Shown here: piece by piece, positions 29,030 to 38,129 of the stretch
How positions within the stretch are numbered: the stretch's first letter is position 1
Layout: each line of letters begins with the position of its first letter
Origin: a virus
Taxonomy: Duplodnaviria > Caudoviricetes
DNA: 64,000 nucleotides
Direction: 5' to 3' (one strand)
Virus record (IMG/VR): IMGVR_UViG_3300037010_001838
The notes under the pieces: generated by a model
The model's input: only the letters and a program-made list of their open reading frames with translations
What the model was told of the DNA's origin: nothing
The model's database searches: none
Program-made: the position numbers and the translations under genes

Positions 29030-29533
29030 ATGAACAGACATTATCAGAATTATCTTTTTAAGAAGTATCCTGCTCTATATAAAGAACACACTCTTCCGAT
29101 GAGTGAAACTTGTATGTGTTGGGGGGTTACTTGTGGAGATGGTTGGTTTAATCTTATTAATCAATTGTCTGAATTTTTGTGCAGCGATTGGATCTATGAG
29201 AAATACACATACGATCGTATGGTGACTAACCTTGGTCAACTTTTGTATCCAGGTAGTCCTGAAAGTGATTTTAACCCTATTATCACAACTGAGTTGATTG
29301 CCGCAGTCAAAGTAAGGATGGATGATGCAGAACTTTCGATTCCTGTTGCTCGGCAAGTGAAAGAAAAATTTGGAACTCTTCGGTTTTATGTTTCTAACGC
29401 AACTGAAGAACAATATTCAGCAATTCAGTTTGCTGAATATCAAAGTAAAATGATTTGTGAAGTGTGTGGTGCACGAGGAACTGTGGGTGGCCGGGGTTGG
29501 ATTTCAACTCGGTGTATTAAACACAGAAAGTGA
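29030..29533 (+). CDS. conserved phage hypothetical protein
   Basis: CGDGWFNLI...QVKEKFGTLRFY...CEVCG motif. Confidence 0.8.
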   Translation: MNRHYQNYLFKKYPALYKEHTLPMSETCMCWGVTCGDGWFNLINQLSEFLCSDWIYEKYTYDRMVTNLGQLLYPGSPESDFNPIITTELIAAVKVRMDDAELSIPVARQVKEKFGTLRFYVSNATEEQYSAIQFAEYQSKMICEVCGARGTVGGRGWISTRCIKHRK

Positions 29534-29538
29534 TATAT

Positions 29539-29629
29539 GGAAGGTAGTGTCTATGGCAGACAAACTGTTTTGAAAGCAGTCGCCGGCATCTAAGTAGAGC
29601 CGCTGGTTCGATTCCTGTACCTTCCGCCA
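29539..29629 (+). tRNA. tRNA-Ser(TGA)
   Basis: ACTGT-TTTGAAA-GCAGT; variable and T arms identical to 28601; G73 CCA. Confidence 0.85.
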
Positions 29630-29648
29630 GTTTTAAAGTTTTAAATTT

Positions 29649-29733
29649 GTCTCGGTGCAGGGAATTGGTAGACTGAATTGTTTCAAAAACAATTGACCGA
29701 AAGGTGGGAGTTCGAGTCTCCCTCGAGACACCA
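29649..29733 (+). tRNA. tRNA-Leu(CAA)
   Basis: ATTGT-TTCAAAA-ACAAT; long variable arm; CCA. Confidence 0.9.
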
Positions 29734-29741
29734 AACAAATT

Positions 29742-29834
29742 GGTCCTGTAGTTTAAAGAAAACAAGATGATTTATAAACATCCAAGGTCCTAGATGAGGG
29801 CAAGTAGTGGGAGCGTTACCCACCAGGACTACCA
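29742..29834 (+). tRNA. atypical tRNA-Ile(TAT)
   Basis: GGTCCTG/CAGGACT-A-CCA; GATG-A-TTTATAA-A-CATC; long variable region; T-loop AGCGTTA. Confidence 0.55.
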
Positions 29835-29837
29835 AAT

Positions 29838-29960
29838 TGTTGTGTGAGGGGGATTGGTATACCCCGGCGGTGGAATCATAGTGGGGAGCTCTGTGAAAAC
29901 AGACTAAAATAGTAACCCTTCCAGTAGCTTGTGTAGGTTCGAGTCCTACCACAACAACCA
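29838..29960 (+). tRNA. tRNA-like gene with structured insertion in anticodon arm
   Basis: TGTTGTG/CACAACA-A-CCA; D-arm; GTAGG-TTCGAGT-CCTAC; about 43 nt between TGGAA/TTCCA. Confidence 0.55.
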
Positions 29961-30176
29961 ATTGTTGACTTTTACTCTCCATTAGTGTAAAGTATCTTTA
30001 CTTTAAATGTTTGTTGATAAGGTGAACTGTGTCGGAACGTGATTATAAAGAACTTCGAAAAATCGCAAACCAGTTTGTTGATTACAACCTAATACAGTGT
30101 TGCGCAGAACTTGCAGCTATAAGTAACAGGACAGGGGGGAAAACCCCGTTCTTTTGGACTTAAATTAAAAACAGGA

Positions 30177-30452
30177 TTGAATATGACTCATACTGATTTA
30201 TTATATGCTCCACCAGGAACGAAAGTAAGGTTTCTTGATGAACACGGTCTTGATTATAATCGCATTCAAGCTAGAAAACTTGGATTGGTTGAAGGTGGAG
30301 AGTATACACTATCATATATGATTATAAGTGATTATCATACAAATATCTTTCTTGAAGAGTTCCCCGGAAAATCCTTTAATTCTGTAATGTTTAGTTGTAA
30401 ATATGAACATCCGAACAGTCTTTGGATAAATACTACAACAATTAAAGGATAA
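30177..30452 (+). CDS. hypothetical protein
   Basis: 91 aa with AGGA SD. Confidence 0.6.
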   Translation: MNMTHTDLLYAPPGTKVRFLDEHGLDYNRIQARKLGLVEGGEYTLSYMIISDYHTNIFLEEFPGKSFNSVMFSCKYEHPNSLWINTTTIKG

Positions 30453-30456
30453 TATT

Positions 30457-30708
30457 ATGACAACAACATCAAGACTCATGGAACTCGCTGGAATTGGTCA
30501 ATCGGAAATGCTTATTGAAGCAGTCGAGATTCCTGATAACGTTTCTTTGGACCAAATTGCATCAATGATGGATGCTGCAAAACGTGGTTTGGGAATTGTT
30601 AACAAGATGAAAAACCCCGTAGATAAGAAGAAACACGCCTCTGCTGTTCTATCTAATATGAATAAAATCCGTTCTGCACTTCAACGTGTAATAAGTTCGA
30701 TGGAGTAA
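30457..30708 (+). CDS. hypothetical protein, probable internal virion protein
   Basis: ATAAATA upstream; RLMELAGI N-terminus shared with 19595. Confidence 0.65.
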   Translation: MTTTSRLMELAGIGQSEMLIEAVEIPDNVSLDQIASMMDAAKRGLGIVNKMKNPVDKKKHASAVLSNMNKIRSALQRVISSME

Positions 30709-30709
30709 T

Positions 30710-31068
30710 ATGTTGTTATAGGAACTATATCAAGAAGATTCGAGCATTATTCGCTCTGAAGGAAATGATTATAGTGTTAATAAATTATTATGAATAATTA
30801 AAAACGTCAAGCCCCAAGAGTTTGAAGTATCTGATTTAATTTGGATTCCCCATACACTAAAACAGAAAAACAGCGAACAATCAAGGCAGATACTTCACAT
30901 CCTATAATTGTTATCAAATCGAGAGGTAAATTGGTAGTATTAGATGGGGTTCATAGACTAGTTAAATCAGTTCAACAACACAAAAAACAAATATTGGGCA
31001 AATTAATTACACAGGACCAACTCAATAAAGCCAAAAATATAAATACCCTTTTTGGAGTTATTGTATGA
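30710..31068 (+). pseudogene. disrupted ParB-like (VLDGVHRL) gene
   Basis: ATG 30710 frame contains TAG (30719) and TGA, then a frameshift near 30850 into the ORF with VVLDGVHRLVK. Confidence 0.6.
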
Positions 31069-31694
31069 AATTTCTATTTGGGCTTCTTTTAGTTTCTTCT
31101 TTCGCGTTTGCAGACTGTCCTCAACTATACCCAGATCATAAACCTTTTAACATTCCTAATACTACTGAACTTTGTAATAGTTTTTACGTATCGGATTATG
31201 ACACTATCAACCACAAGGTAATTGCTGTATCAGAATTATTGAAACACAATTTCCCAGTAGGGTCAGTAAAACGAACAAACAATTTTCATTCTGATGATAG
31301 GGTTGGTTCTGTTCCTAACAACCGCCAATATTTAAAAACACATTATGACAAAGGTCATATGGCACCTGCTGATGATGCATCTTCTTTAGAAGAAATGAAA
31401 GAAACTTTTTTGTTGACAAATATGACTCCACAATCTCCAACTTTAAATAGAGTTGAGTGGAAGTTACTAGAAGAAAAAGTAAGAGGTATTTTTGATTCTT
31501 CAAAAACAGATGTTTATGTTGTAACGATAGCAGTATACGAAAACAAACAAACAATTAATGGTCTTCCAATTCCGTCTGGATATTGGAAAATTGTGTATGC
31601 TGATAACTCTCAATACTTTTTTTATGCTGATAATAATGATGACGCAGTTGTTGTTCAACGTGGTTCAGTTGCATTACCCTCTTTATTTAAATAG
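31065..31694 (+). CDS. DNA/RNA non-specific endonuclease (Serratia Nuc family) with signal peptide
   Basis: YDKGHMAPA, NMTPQSPTLNR..W. Confidence 0.9.
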   Translation: MKFLFGLLLVSSFAFADCPQLYPDHKPFNIPNTTELCNSFYVSDYDTINHKVIAVSELLKHNFPVGSVKRTNNFHSDDRVGSVPNNRQYLKTHYDKGHMAPADDASSLEEMKETFLLTNMTPQSPTLNRVEWKLLEEKVRGIFDSSKTDVYVVTIAVYENKQTINGLPIPSGYWKIVYADNSQYFFYADNNDDAVVVQRGSVALPSLFK

Positions 31695-32162
31695 TTATTG
31701 ACGTTTATTCACTTTTAAGTTAATCTGACCACACAGTGTTCAGGCAGGTGTATGAACGTATATCGGTCTGCTGTGGACAATTTGAAGACTCCAACTAATG
31801 GGGAATAATCATGAAATTTAATTTAACATTTAAAGACCCCCGATGGTGTATCTGAAAGTATTGCTAACGCCGTTAAACAGAGTATGGTAGACGTAACAGG
31901 TCTTTCATCACAAGAAATTGAATCAATACGTGATGACCGAAGTGAAGAACTTTATGATATCATATCACCGTGGGTTAGATATGGAGAATATTTAATTATT
32001 ATCGACACTGATGCTGAAACGGCTGAAGTGAAAATTAATAATAAATGTTGACACCAACTGATGTTTAATAGATAATGGGTTATCTTTTGTTCCATGTGTT
32101 CGCAAAACACAAAGGTTCGCCAAACCACGAGCAAGAATTCTTAACTTTAAAGGTAAAAATAA

Positions 32163-32612
32163 ATGTCTCTTATTGAACAAATTAAAACTGACCAAATTGT
32201 TGCACGTAAATCTAAATCCGACGCTGCAAGTTTGTTGACCACACTTTACAGTGAAGCGTTGATGGTTGGAAAAAATGCTACACCACCTAGAGACCCAACC
32301 GATGCAGAAGTTATAAACACAATTAAAAAATTCCTTAAAGGTGTCAACGAAAATATATCTTACGCTGGTGACCGACAGGATGCTGACTGGCGTGACGCGT
32401 TAGAAATTGAACGAGAAATTTTGGAATATTACCTTCCGAAACAACTTTCCGTTGAAGAATTGACTTCTATTATTACTAAATTTATTTTAAATGGTGGGAT
32501 TGCAACCCCAAAAGGAACAGGTCTTATTATGCAATATCTAAAAAATACATACGAGGGCATGTATGACGGGAAAGTTGCATCTGATATTATTAAAGGATTA
32601 CTAAAACAATGA
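32163..32612 (+). CDS. GatB/YqeY domain protein
   Basis: MSLIEQIKTDQIVARK...LLTTL...YLPKQLS.EEL...G.IM...Y.G..DGK. Confidence 0.85.
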   Translation: MSLIEQIKTDQIVARKSKSDAASLLTTLYSEALMVGKNATPPRDPTDAEVINTIKKFLKGVNENISYAGDRQDADWRDALEIEREILEYYLPKQLSVEELTSIITKFILNGGIATPKGTGLIMQYLKNTYEGMYDGKVASDIIKGLLKQ

Positions 32613-32878
32613 TAACTCAATATTACAAAATAAAAGCAACTCAAGAGAATATTGAGCATGGATATCCTGGATGTTTCGTCCTAGACGATTCTGATGATAA
32701 AATCGTCGGTTTCGTTGATTTTGTTTCTGATTGTGAAATGGCTATTATGTTATTTGAACCAATGGATATAAACGTCCCAGGAATGGTAAATATTAGTTCA
32801 ACATGTGACTGGGAAAAACGTCTTGTTGATATATTAGAGAACGATGTCGATATGGCACTCCAGTGGCTTTCACACTGA
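32609..32878 (+). CDS. hypothetical protein
   Basis: ATGA overlap. Confidence 0.6.
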   Translation: MITQYYKIKATQENIEHGYPGCFVLDDSDDKIVGFVDFVSDCEMAIMLFEPMDINVPGMVNISSTCDWEKRLVDILENDVDMALQWLSH

Positions 32879-32884
32879 ATTCTG

Positions 32885-33217
32885 ATGAATGAAGAAAAAA
32901 CTTTTGACTATTGGATGAATCTATTCAAGGATAATCCAACAGAGTTCAACAAACAACGTAATGAAGCAATTCATGATGCTGTTATGGGGTGGCAAGAAGA
33001 CCCCGATAAACAGAAACAAATGGAAGCTAAAATATTCAACATGAACCTCCGATTAGACCGTATTCATGATTCAACAGAACGGTTCAATAAGGTTCAATCT
33101 ATATTTTGGACCCAATTCTATGCGTTTCAGTATGAGATGCAAGTGTTTAGTGGGGAAATTCGTTCCAATGTAGAACAGTCAAGATTAAGGATTGTTGTTG
33201 ACAACACAAAACAGTAA
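32885..33217 (+). CDS. DUF3135-like protein
   Basis: FDYWMNLFKDNPTEF...R...I pattern. Confidence 0.5.
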   Translation: MNEEKTFDYWMNLFKDNPTEFNKQRNEAIHDAVMGWQEDPDKQKQMEAKIFNMNLRLDRIHDSTERFNKVQSIFWTQFYAFQYEMQVFSGEIRSNVEQSRLRIVVDNTKQ

Positions 33218-33226
33218 AGGAAAATC

Positions 33227-33691
33227 ATGCTTGAAATGAAAGATGGCTCACCAATAGAAGTTTCAATATCAAACGGCTTTAAATTAACCGAAGCACTCCC
33301 CGTTGTTCGAAAGTTCTTGCGGGGTCGTGATTATATTCGCCTATACGGAACTACAGTAATTTCACTTGAAGGTGTTCAAACAGTTGTTGATGATTGTGTT
33401 GTTATGTTTGACGATTTTAATACAATGACCGGTTATCCTGTTGGCCAAAGCTCTTTTGACAAATATGAAATTATGAACGATTCGAATGGAACAAACCCCG
33501 GAACAGCAACAAAAAGAGATACTACGATTTATCTTTCCAAACAATTCAAAGAAGACACATTTAGGTGTTCTATTTGGAATGGTAGTGTTTTGGAAAGTAT
33601 TCCAAGTGATTATCTGGTTGCAAATGTAAGCAATGAAGACTATCGAGTTTTAAAAAGCAATATTTTTGATATTTCGTACAAAGCAATATAA
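33227..33691 (+). CDS. hypothetical protein
   Basis: AAAGGA SD, 154 aa. Confidence 0.65.
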   Translation: MLEMKDGSPIEVSISNGFKLTEALPVVRKFLRGRDYIRLYGTTVISLEGVQTVVDDCVVMFDDFNTMTGYPVGQSSFDKYEIMNDSNGTNPGTATKRDTTIYLSKQFKEDTFRCSIWNGSVLESIPSDYLVANVSNEDYRVLKSNIFDISYKAI

Positions 33692-33815
33692 CAATTTCAA
33701 TGTATAACTGGCCGCCTTGGTTATATTGGATTTGGGGACAAACGATTCGAACGATTCTTTTACCCTTGGTGTTGATTGTTAGATTGTTTGAGTGGGTTTA
33801 TAAATACACTAACAT

Positions 33816-33892
33816 GCGGGAGTAGCTCAGTTGGTTAGAGCGCAACTTTGCCAAAGTTGAGGTCGAGAGTTCAAGTCTCTTTTCCCGCTCCA
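33816..33892 (+). tRNA. tRNA-Gly(GCC)
   Basis: Canonical cloverleaf, CAACT-TTGCCAA-AGTTG, CCA; TATAAATA at 33799 upstream. Confidence 0.95.
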
Positions 33893-33939
33893 AAAATTCT
33901 TTCTTAATGGAGATAAACATTAAGTGGTGGGTTGACTTT

Positions 33940-33963
33940 AAACGGGCTTCGGTCCGTTTTTTG
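33940..33963 (+). terminator. rho-independent terminator
   Basis: AAACGGGC-TTCG-GTCCGTTT plus T-tract. Confidence 0.85.
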
Positions 33964-34083
33964 TTATCTGTTGACATCACAGTGATTTAAGTGTAAAATT
34001 CAGTTATGTTCAAAATTACAGAGATAATCTGATGATTCGTTACGCCGTTCAATATACGCACACTTCCTCAAATAAGATTTGTT

Positions 34084-34545
34084 ATGAGTCCATTGGTAAG
34101 GGTTCATCAGAGAACCGCCAAGATGCTCACCTTTACACAAACTCCAACCTCGCTAACGACAAAGTTAGGTATTATTCAACAACACCCCCAGTGGTATACA
34201 AACGTCGAGGTTGTTCCCGTTGAAGCAATTTGTCTTGACGACAAATTTCATTTAATGAATGATGAACTAATGATGATTAATCACAAATGTATGAAAGAAG
34301 AGTGGCACGATCGCTGTTGTTGTAACTGTTTCTGGCGATGGACAGATTATGGTCACCCCTGGACAAACAAAACTAGCGTTACTACTCCAAGAGGTTATGT
34401 TTGTGCTAGTCCTGAGCTTTGGCGTGATGGTGAAATGAGTGTGTTGAGTGAATGGGGTGAACACGGACTTTGTGAAGTTTGGACTGGAAAAGATGAAGTA
34501 GTGTTAACGATTGATTATAAACAAAGAAACAAAAATGAATCTTGA
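34084..34545 (+). CDS. hypothetical Cys-rich protein (true start probably downstream)
   Basis: CCCNC and C...W motifs in 3' half. Confidence 0.5.
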   Translation: MSPLVRVHQRTAKMLTFTQTPTSLTTKLGIIQQHPQWYTNVEVVPVEAICLDDKFHLMNDELMMINHKCMKEEWHDRCCCNCFWRWTDYGHPWTNKTSVTTPRGYVCASPELWRDGEMSVLSEWGEHGLCEVWTGKDEVVLTIDYKQRNKNES

Positions 34546-35017
34546 AATCGAACGAAAGTTTCTAGTAAAAAACGATAATTGGAAGAACAATATCGTTCGA
34601 ACTTTTCATATTAAACAAGCATACATTGCTCCGAATACTCGAGTTCGGATAAAGACTGAATCTGTTCCCCAGGTCCTGTCTTGGTACAGAATGACTATTA
34701 AAAAAGACACTGGTGATATGTTGAGGCGGGAGGAATTCGAATTTGATATCGAACCAACGTTAGCCAAGGAGTTATTTTCAGCCTTTGAACATAATTCCAT
34801 AGAGAAGGTTCGCTACATTGTTAAAAATAATTATCACTTGTGGGAAGTTGATGTGTTTAGGGGAAAACACGAGGGGCTTATCGTAGCCGAAATCGAGTTT
34901 AATCAAAACAAATCTCAGCTAGAAATTGATAGTTTAATTTTACCAGATTGGGTTGGTGAAGAAGTTACGAACGACCACCAATACACTAACAGTTGTATTG
35001 CTTTTAATAGGGTCTAA
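34535..35017 (+). CDS. CYTH domain (triphosphate tunnel metalloenzyme) protein
   Basis: EIERKFLV, IEKVRY, WEVDVF, GLIVAEIE, W.G.EVT.D..Y.N. Confidence 0.9.
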   Translation: MNLEIERKFLVKNDNWKNNIVRTFHIKQAYIAPNTRVRIKTESVPQVLSWYRMTIKKDTGDMLRREEFEFDIEPTLAKELFSAFEHNSIEKVRYIVKNNYHLWEVDVFRGKHEGLIVAEIEFNQNKSQLEIDSLILPDWVGEEVTNDHQYTNSCIAFNRV

Positions 35018-35018
35018 T

Positions 35019-35273
35019 ATGATGAATACAGAAATTTTTAAATTTGCGGCTCAATATACCATATTCGACCCTTCTAATCGTGAACATAGGACAATTGTTT
35101 ATGAATTTTTACGAACGAAATCCTGGCGGCACACAAATGTTCGTTTTGTGTTGGAACGTTCCTATTCGGATGTAATCCGCATGATTACAGAAAAATTGGC
35201 TGACTATTACATGAAAAACGAGTTTAATTTTTCCAAAAATGAACCCACTATTCATGCGGGAATTGGTATTTAA
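35019..35273 (+). CDS. hypothetical protein
   Basis: ATG directly after CYTH stop. Confidence 0.6.
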   Translation: MMNTEIFKFAAQYTIFDPSNREHRTIVYEFLRTKSWRHTNVRFVLERSYSDVIRMITEKLADYYMKNEFNFSKNEPTIHAGIGI

Positions 35274-35364
35274 AGTCAGCGAACTCCTTGTTTATAGTAA
35301 ATAAATTCAATGAGAAACATTTGTTGACATTATTTAAAAGAACAAGTAATATTAGCAAATGATT

Positions 35365-35436
35365 GCTCAATTGGCTTAATGGTAAAGCAGGTGCTTCTAA
35401 AACACTTGACCGTCGGTTCGATTCCGACATTGGGCA
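35365..35436 (+). tRNA. amber suppressor tRNA (anticodon CTA)
   Basis: GCTCAAT/ATTGGGC-A; canonical D and T arms; GGTGC-TTCTAAA-ACACT puts CTA at 35397-35399. Confidence 0.75.
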
Positions 35437-35443
35437 CCGAGAA

Positions 35444-35603
35444 GTTAGAAAAGGGTGTGGTTCAATTCCACAGGAAGGGATCCGAAGCTCTATAAAGGAC
35501 CGAGCGTTTCTAACGATGATTAAAAGTGTAGTAAATTGGAGATAACATCAATGATCAGGACTGGTACGCCATTCTTTAGTGAAAAACAGACCGTCTACAC
35601 TTT
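35444..35603 (+). ncRNA. structured non-coding elements between tRNAs
   Basis: Stems GTTAGAAA/TTTCTAAC (enclosing T-arm-like TGTGG-TTCAATT-CCACA) and AAAGTGTAG/CTACACTTT. Confidence 0.4.
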
Positions 35604-35612
35604 CGTATTAAT

Positions 35613-35688
35613 TGCGGGGTAGAGGAGGTAGTTCATCACCGGTCTCATAAGCCGAAATAGGTCAGTGCAAGTCTGACCCCCGCTACCA
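35613..35688 (+). tRNA. tRNA-Met(CAT), initiator-like
   Basis: Unpaired 1-72, CTCATAA loop, CCA. Confidence 0.8.
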
Positions 35689-35959
35689 ATTTCTTACTAT
35701 AGAAAGATGAATGGTATATGACGACCCGTCTTGGTACGAAAAAGTGTGAAATGAAGGACCGTTTTTATTTCACGTGTGAACGTGAGTTTACATCGGTTTT
35801 ATCAAAGATTAGAGAATACCATAATGTAGTTGTGGAAATTGGGCGACTGGTTACGTAACAGACGATGAAGAAATAGAATGTGATTTTGAAGTTAGTACAA
35901 AATTAGTTGTTGACAATACGAAATAAAGTAGTAAAATAGACTTTGAGTTGTTTTTGTTG

Positions 35960-36075
35960 TGTTGTGCTCTCGCAAGGAGCTCACCCAGGTTGGGTTAGTT
36001 TGGATTGTTCTTCGAAATCAACCAGGAGAAGGCAAGGTGGTTACTCCAAGTGTAAGAGAACATGAGGAGTAAACA
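35960..36075 (+). ncRNA. candidate small structured RNA or 5' module of the large RNA
   Basis: GCTC-TCGCAAG-GAGC and TACTC/GAGTA stems downstream of TTGACA promoter at 35910. Confidence 0.35.
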
Positions 36076-36179
36076 ATACAACAAAAATAATTTAAATATC
36101 TGTTGACTTAATGAAGAAGTTAGTATAAAGTATACAGATAGTATTAAGAAAGTCACTCTTTTAATTAGTTCTGTGAATT

Positions 36180-37056
36180 CAGAACGTTTCATCAGAAACA
36201 ATTTAAAAGATAAAGAATTACGCGCTTGTGCAAAGTAACCAACAGCGATGTTGTGAAAGCGGTAGGTCCTACAACTACCGCGCCCTGTAAGGGGTACAAA
36301 CAAGCAAGCCTGACCTACTCCGAAAGGAGCTGATTATCGCCAACGGTAGTCATATGAGGGAAGTTAGGGGTGTGGAAAGAACGAATGTTTACAAGCCTGC
36401 TCTGCAGGGAACTTGGGCATTTGGAGAGTAACGGGTTGTGCCGACCTCACGCCTACACAAACTAGCCATCTCAAAAGGTAAAGGGTAGTACAGTGGTCCG
36501 AACCCGCAAGTAAGGGCTGTTGTGCAAGTTGAGGGGGTTTTGGTACCTGTAATAGGGTGTCACGATTCCTGAAAACTGGTTGAGTAGTCGGCAGATGAAA
36601 AACATGAGGAGTGTGGTATTTTTATACTCAAAAGGTATGAAATCCACTGGAAACGCACTTCTTGGTAGGTTTAACAATGTTAGGGTTAACAGCCCATATA
36701 AATTTGGATTATATTACATAAAACGCAAAGACGTTTCCAGTGTAAAGTGAAAATGGCTTAATCCTTCAGCCGCAAGGTAATGAAGGCGTCCAAAACTCGC
36801 AAGGTCGAGGATGTTGAAAGAAAGTCGCACGCAGAGAGTTAGCGCTCTTGTACAGCTCGCAAGGTTGGCGGTAGACAGATAATCGAGTAGCTTTACATGT
36901 TGGTGGAAAAGCAACCACTTAAAAAATGCAGTCATGTTGATAGACATAGTTGTGCGAAAGCTGATTATGTGGATAAGAGAAGAACTCTAGCTGTAGCAGG
37001 TGATGAGATAATGTCTCGAAGGTATCAATAGTATAGGTTTAATCTCAACCTTATAC
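36180..37056 (+). ncRNA. large structured RNA, GOLLD-like
   Basis: About 880 nt non-coding, many GNRA-capped hairpins (CTCC-GAAA-GGAG, GCC-GCAA-GGT, CTC-GCAA, TGC-GAAA-GC); terminal hairpin with TAATCTC loop; next to phage tRNAs. Confidence 0.65.
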
Positions 37057-37079
37057 AAAGTAAATGCCTCGATTGGGGT

Positions 37080-37159
37080 GTCTGCTTTAAACAATCTGTG
37101 TAGAACCTCCCTTGTAAAAGGGGTTAGAGAGTTGGTAATGTAGATTGTTTAAAGCAGAC
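37080..37159. other. 18-bp perfect inverted repeat hairpin
   Basis: GTCTGCTTTAAACAATCT / AGATTGTTTAAAGCAGAC. Confidence 0.85.
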
Positions 37160-37179
37160 TTATGAACTGCCACTTTGAA

Positions 37180-37580
37180 AAAAGAGAGTACACGCTCTTG
37201 ATAAATCGTGTCAATGGGCCAGACCATTGGGAAAAATTTTCCGATAACTGCGAATAATATCGTTGATTTTTGATTTTAATCACCGTAAAATGTCTTTATT
37301 GAAGTTTGAGACACATATAGCAAACCAAAATTCTGCGCTTCACGGCGCACATTGGAGTGTGATCCACTTAAAACATCGGCTGATTGGACCTTCCAGTTGG
37401 TGTCTCGTAAAAAGTTTAAGACGCACACAGCAATCTTTTGACTTTGAGAAGTTGTGGAGAATCTGGGAAGTGGAGGAGCTTGCTCTTGTGAAGCTTCCCA
37501 GTGGAGACTACAACAAAAACGTGCTACCGTGTTTCAATACGGTAGGTGTTGACCGAGCTTCGGTTGGCGTCTTGTTAAAT
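37180..37580 (+). ncRNA. candidate structured RNA of about 400 nt
   Basis: Stems CTGGGAAG/CTTCCCAG, TACCGTG/TACGGTA, GCGC/GCGC, GAGACAC/GTGTCTC. Confidence 0.4.
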
Positions 37581-37597
37581 TAACGAAAAGGATCAAA

Positions 37598-37819
37598 ATG
37601 ACTACCAAAAAAGCAAAGAAAGATCAAGCAGTTGCAGTGATTATTGGAAAACCCAACCGGCATTTTAAGTTACCAGGATCAATTAAGCGTGTGATGGTTT
37701 CAATTGAAGATAAGCATGCACGTGGAGCATATAAACGTGCTATGATTTCAGCTGAATTGACATACCAAGCAAACAAAAAGAAGCGTGTTGAACGAACTGA
37801 TACTAGTAAAGATGAATAA
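37598..37819 (+). CDS. conserved small basic phage protein
   Basis: AAAGGA SD; KPNRHFKL...KR...RGAYKRAMI.AEL. Confidence 0.65.
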   Translation: MTTKKAKKDQAVAVIIGKPNRHFKLPGSIKRVMVSIEDKHARGAYKRAMISAELTYQANKKKRVERTDTSKDE

Positions 37820-38043
37820 TGGATTCTCAACCAGTTATTAATTTTAACACCGTATTGGTGGAAATTTCAAAACTGGAACTTAATCCAGGTGATGTTTTAG
37901 TCATAAAAGTTCATGACGATTCTCTATTTAAGAAGAGTAACATAATAGAAATTTCGAACGCACTTGACAAAGCGTTGCCTAAAGACGTAAAAGCAGTTAT
38001 AGTTCCATCACAATATGAATTTCAAGTTATAAGAAATCTTTAA
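37819..38043 (+). CDS. hypothetical protein
   Basis: TAATG coupling. Confidence 0.6.
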   Translation: MDSQPVINFNTVLVEISKLELNPGDVLVIKVHDDSLFKKSNIIEISNALDKALPKDVKAVIVPSQYEFQVIRNL

Positions 38044-38050
38044 TAGTTTA

Positions 38051-38112
38051 AAGACACTAACAGCAATCGCATAATACATTAGACATTTAATCTAACCAGT
38101 AAAATGTGTCTT
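38051..38112 (+). ncRNA. AAGACAC-TAACAGCAA...GTGTCTT stem-loop motif, copy 1
   Basis: 7-bp closing stem with conserved TAACAGCAA; second copy 52387-52442. Confidence 0.55.
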
Positions 38113-38129
38113 GATAAAAGGAGAAACAA

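Noticed and set aside
27516-29982. ORFs listed over tRNA cluster 1 (e.g. 27516, 28023, 28263, 28462, 28548, 29517, 29683)
   Set aside because: Shadow frames of tRNA genes containing tell-tale antisense T-loop peptides (GIEP, GFEP); no SD.
35995-36947. Minus-strand ORFs 35995, 36471 and 36714
   Set aside because: No motifs or SD; they overlie the densely structured GOLLD-like RNA.
37215-37580. tmRNA (ATAACT-GCG-AAT-AAT resembles a resume site)
   Set aside because: No GGGG...TTCGAC 5' end, no T-arm/CCA 3' end, and the putative tag frame stays open for over 100 codons.
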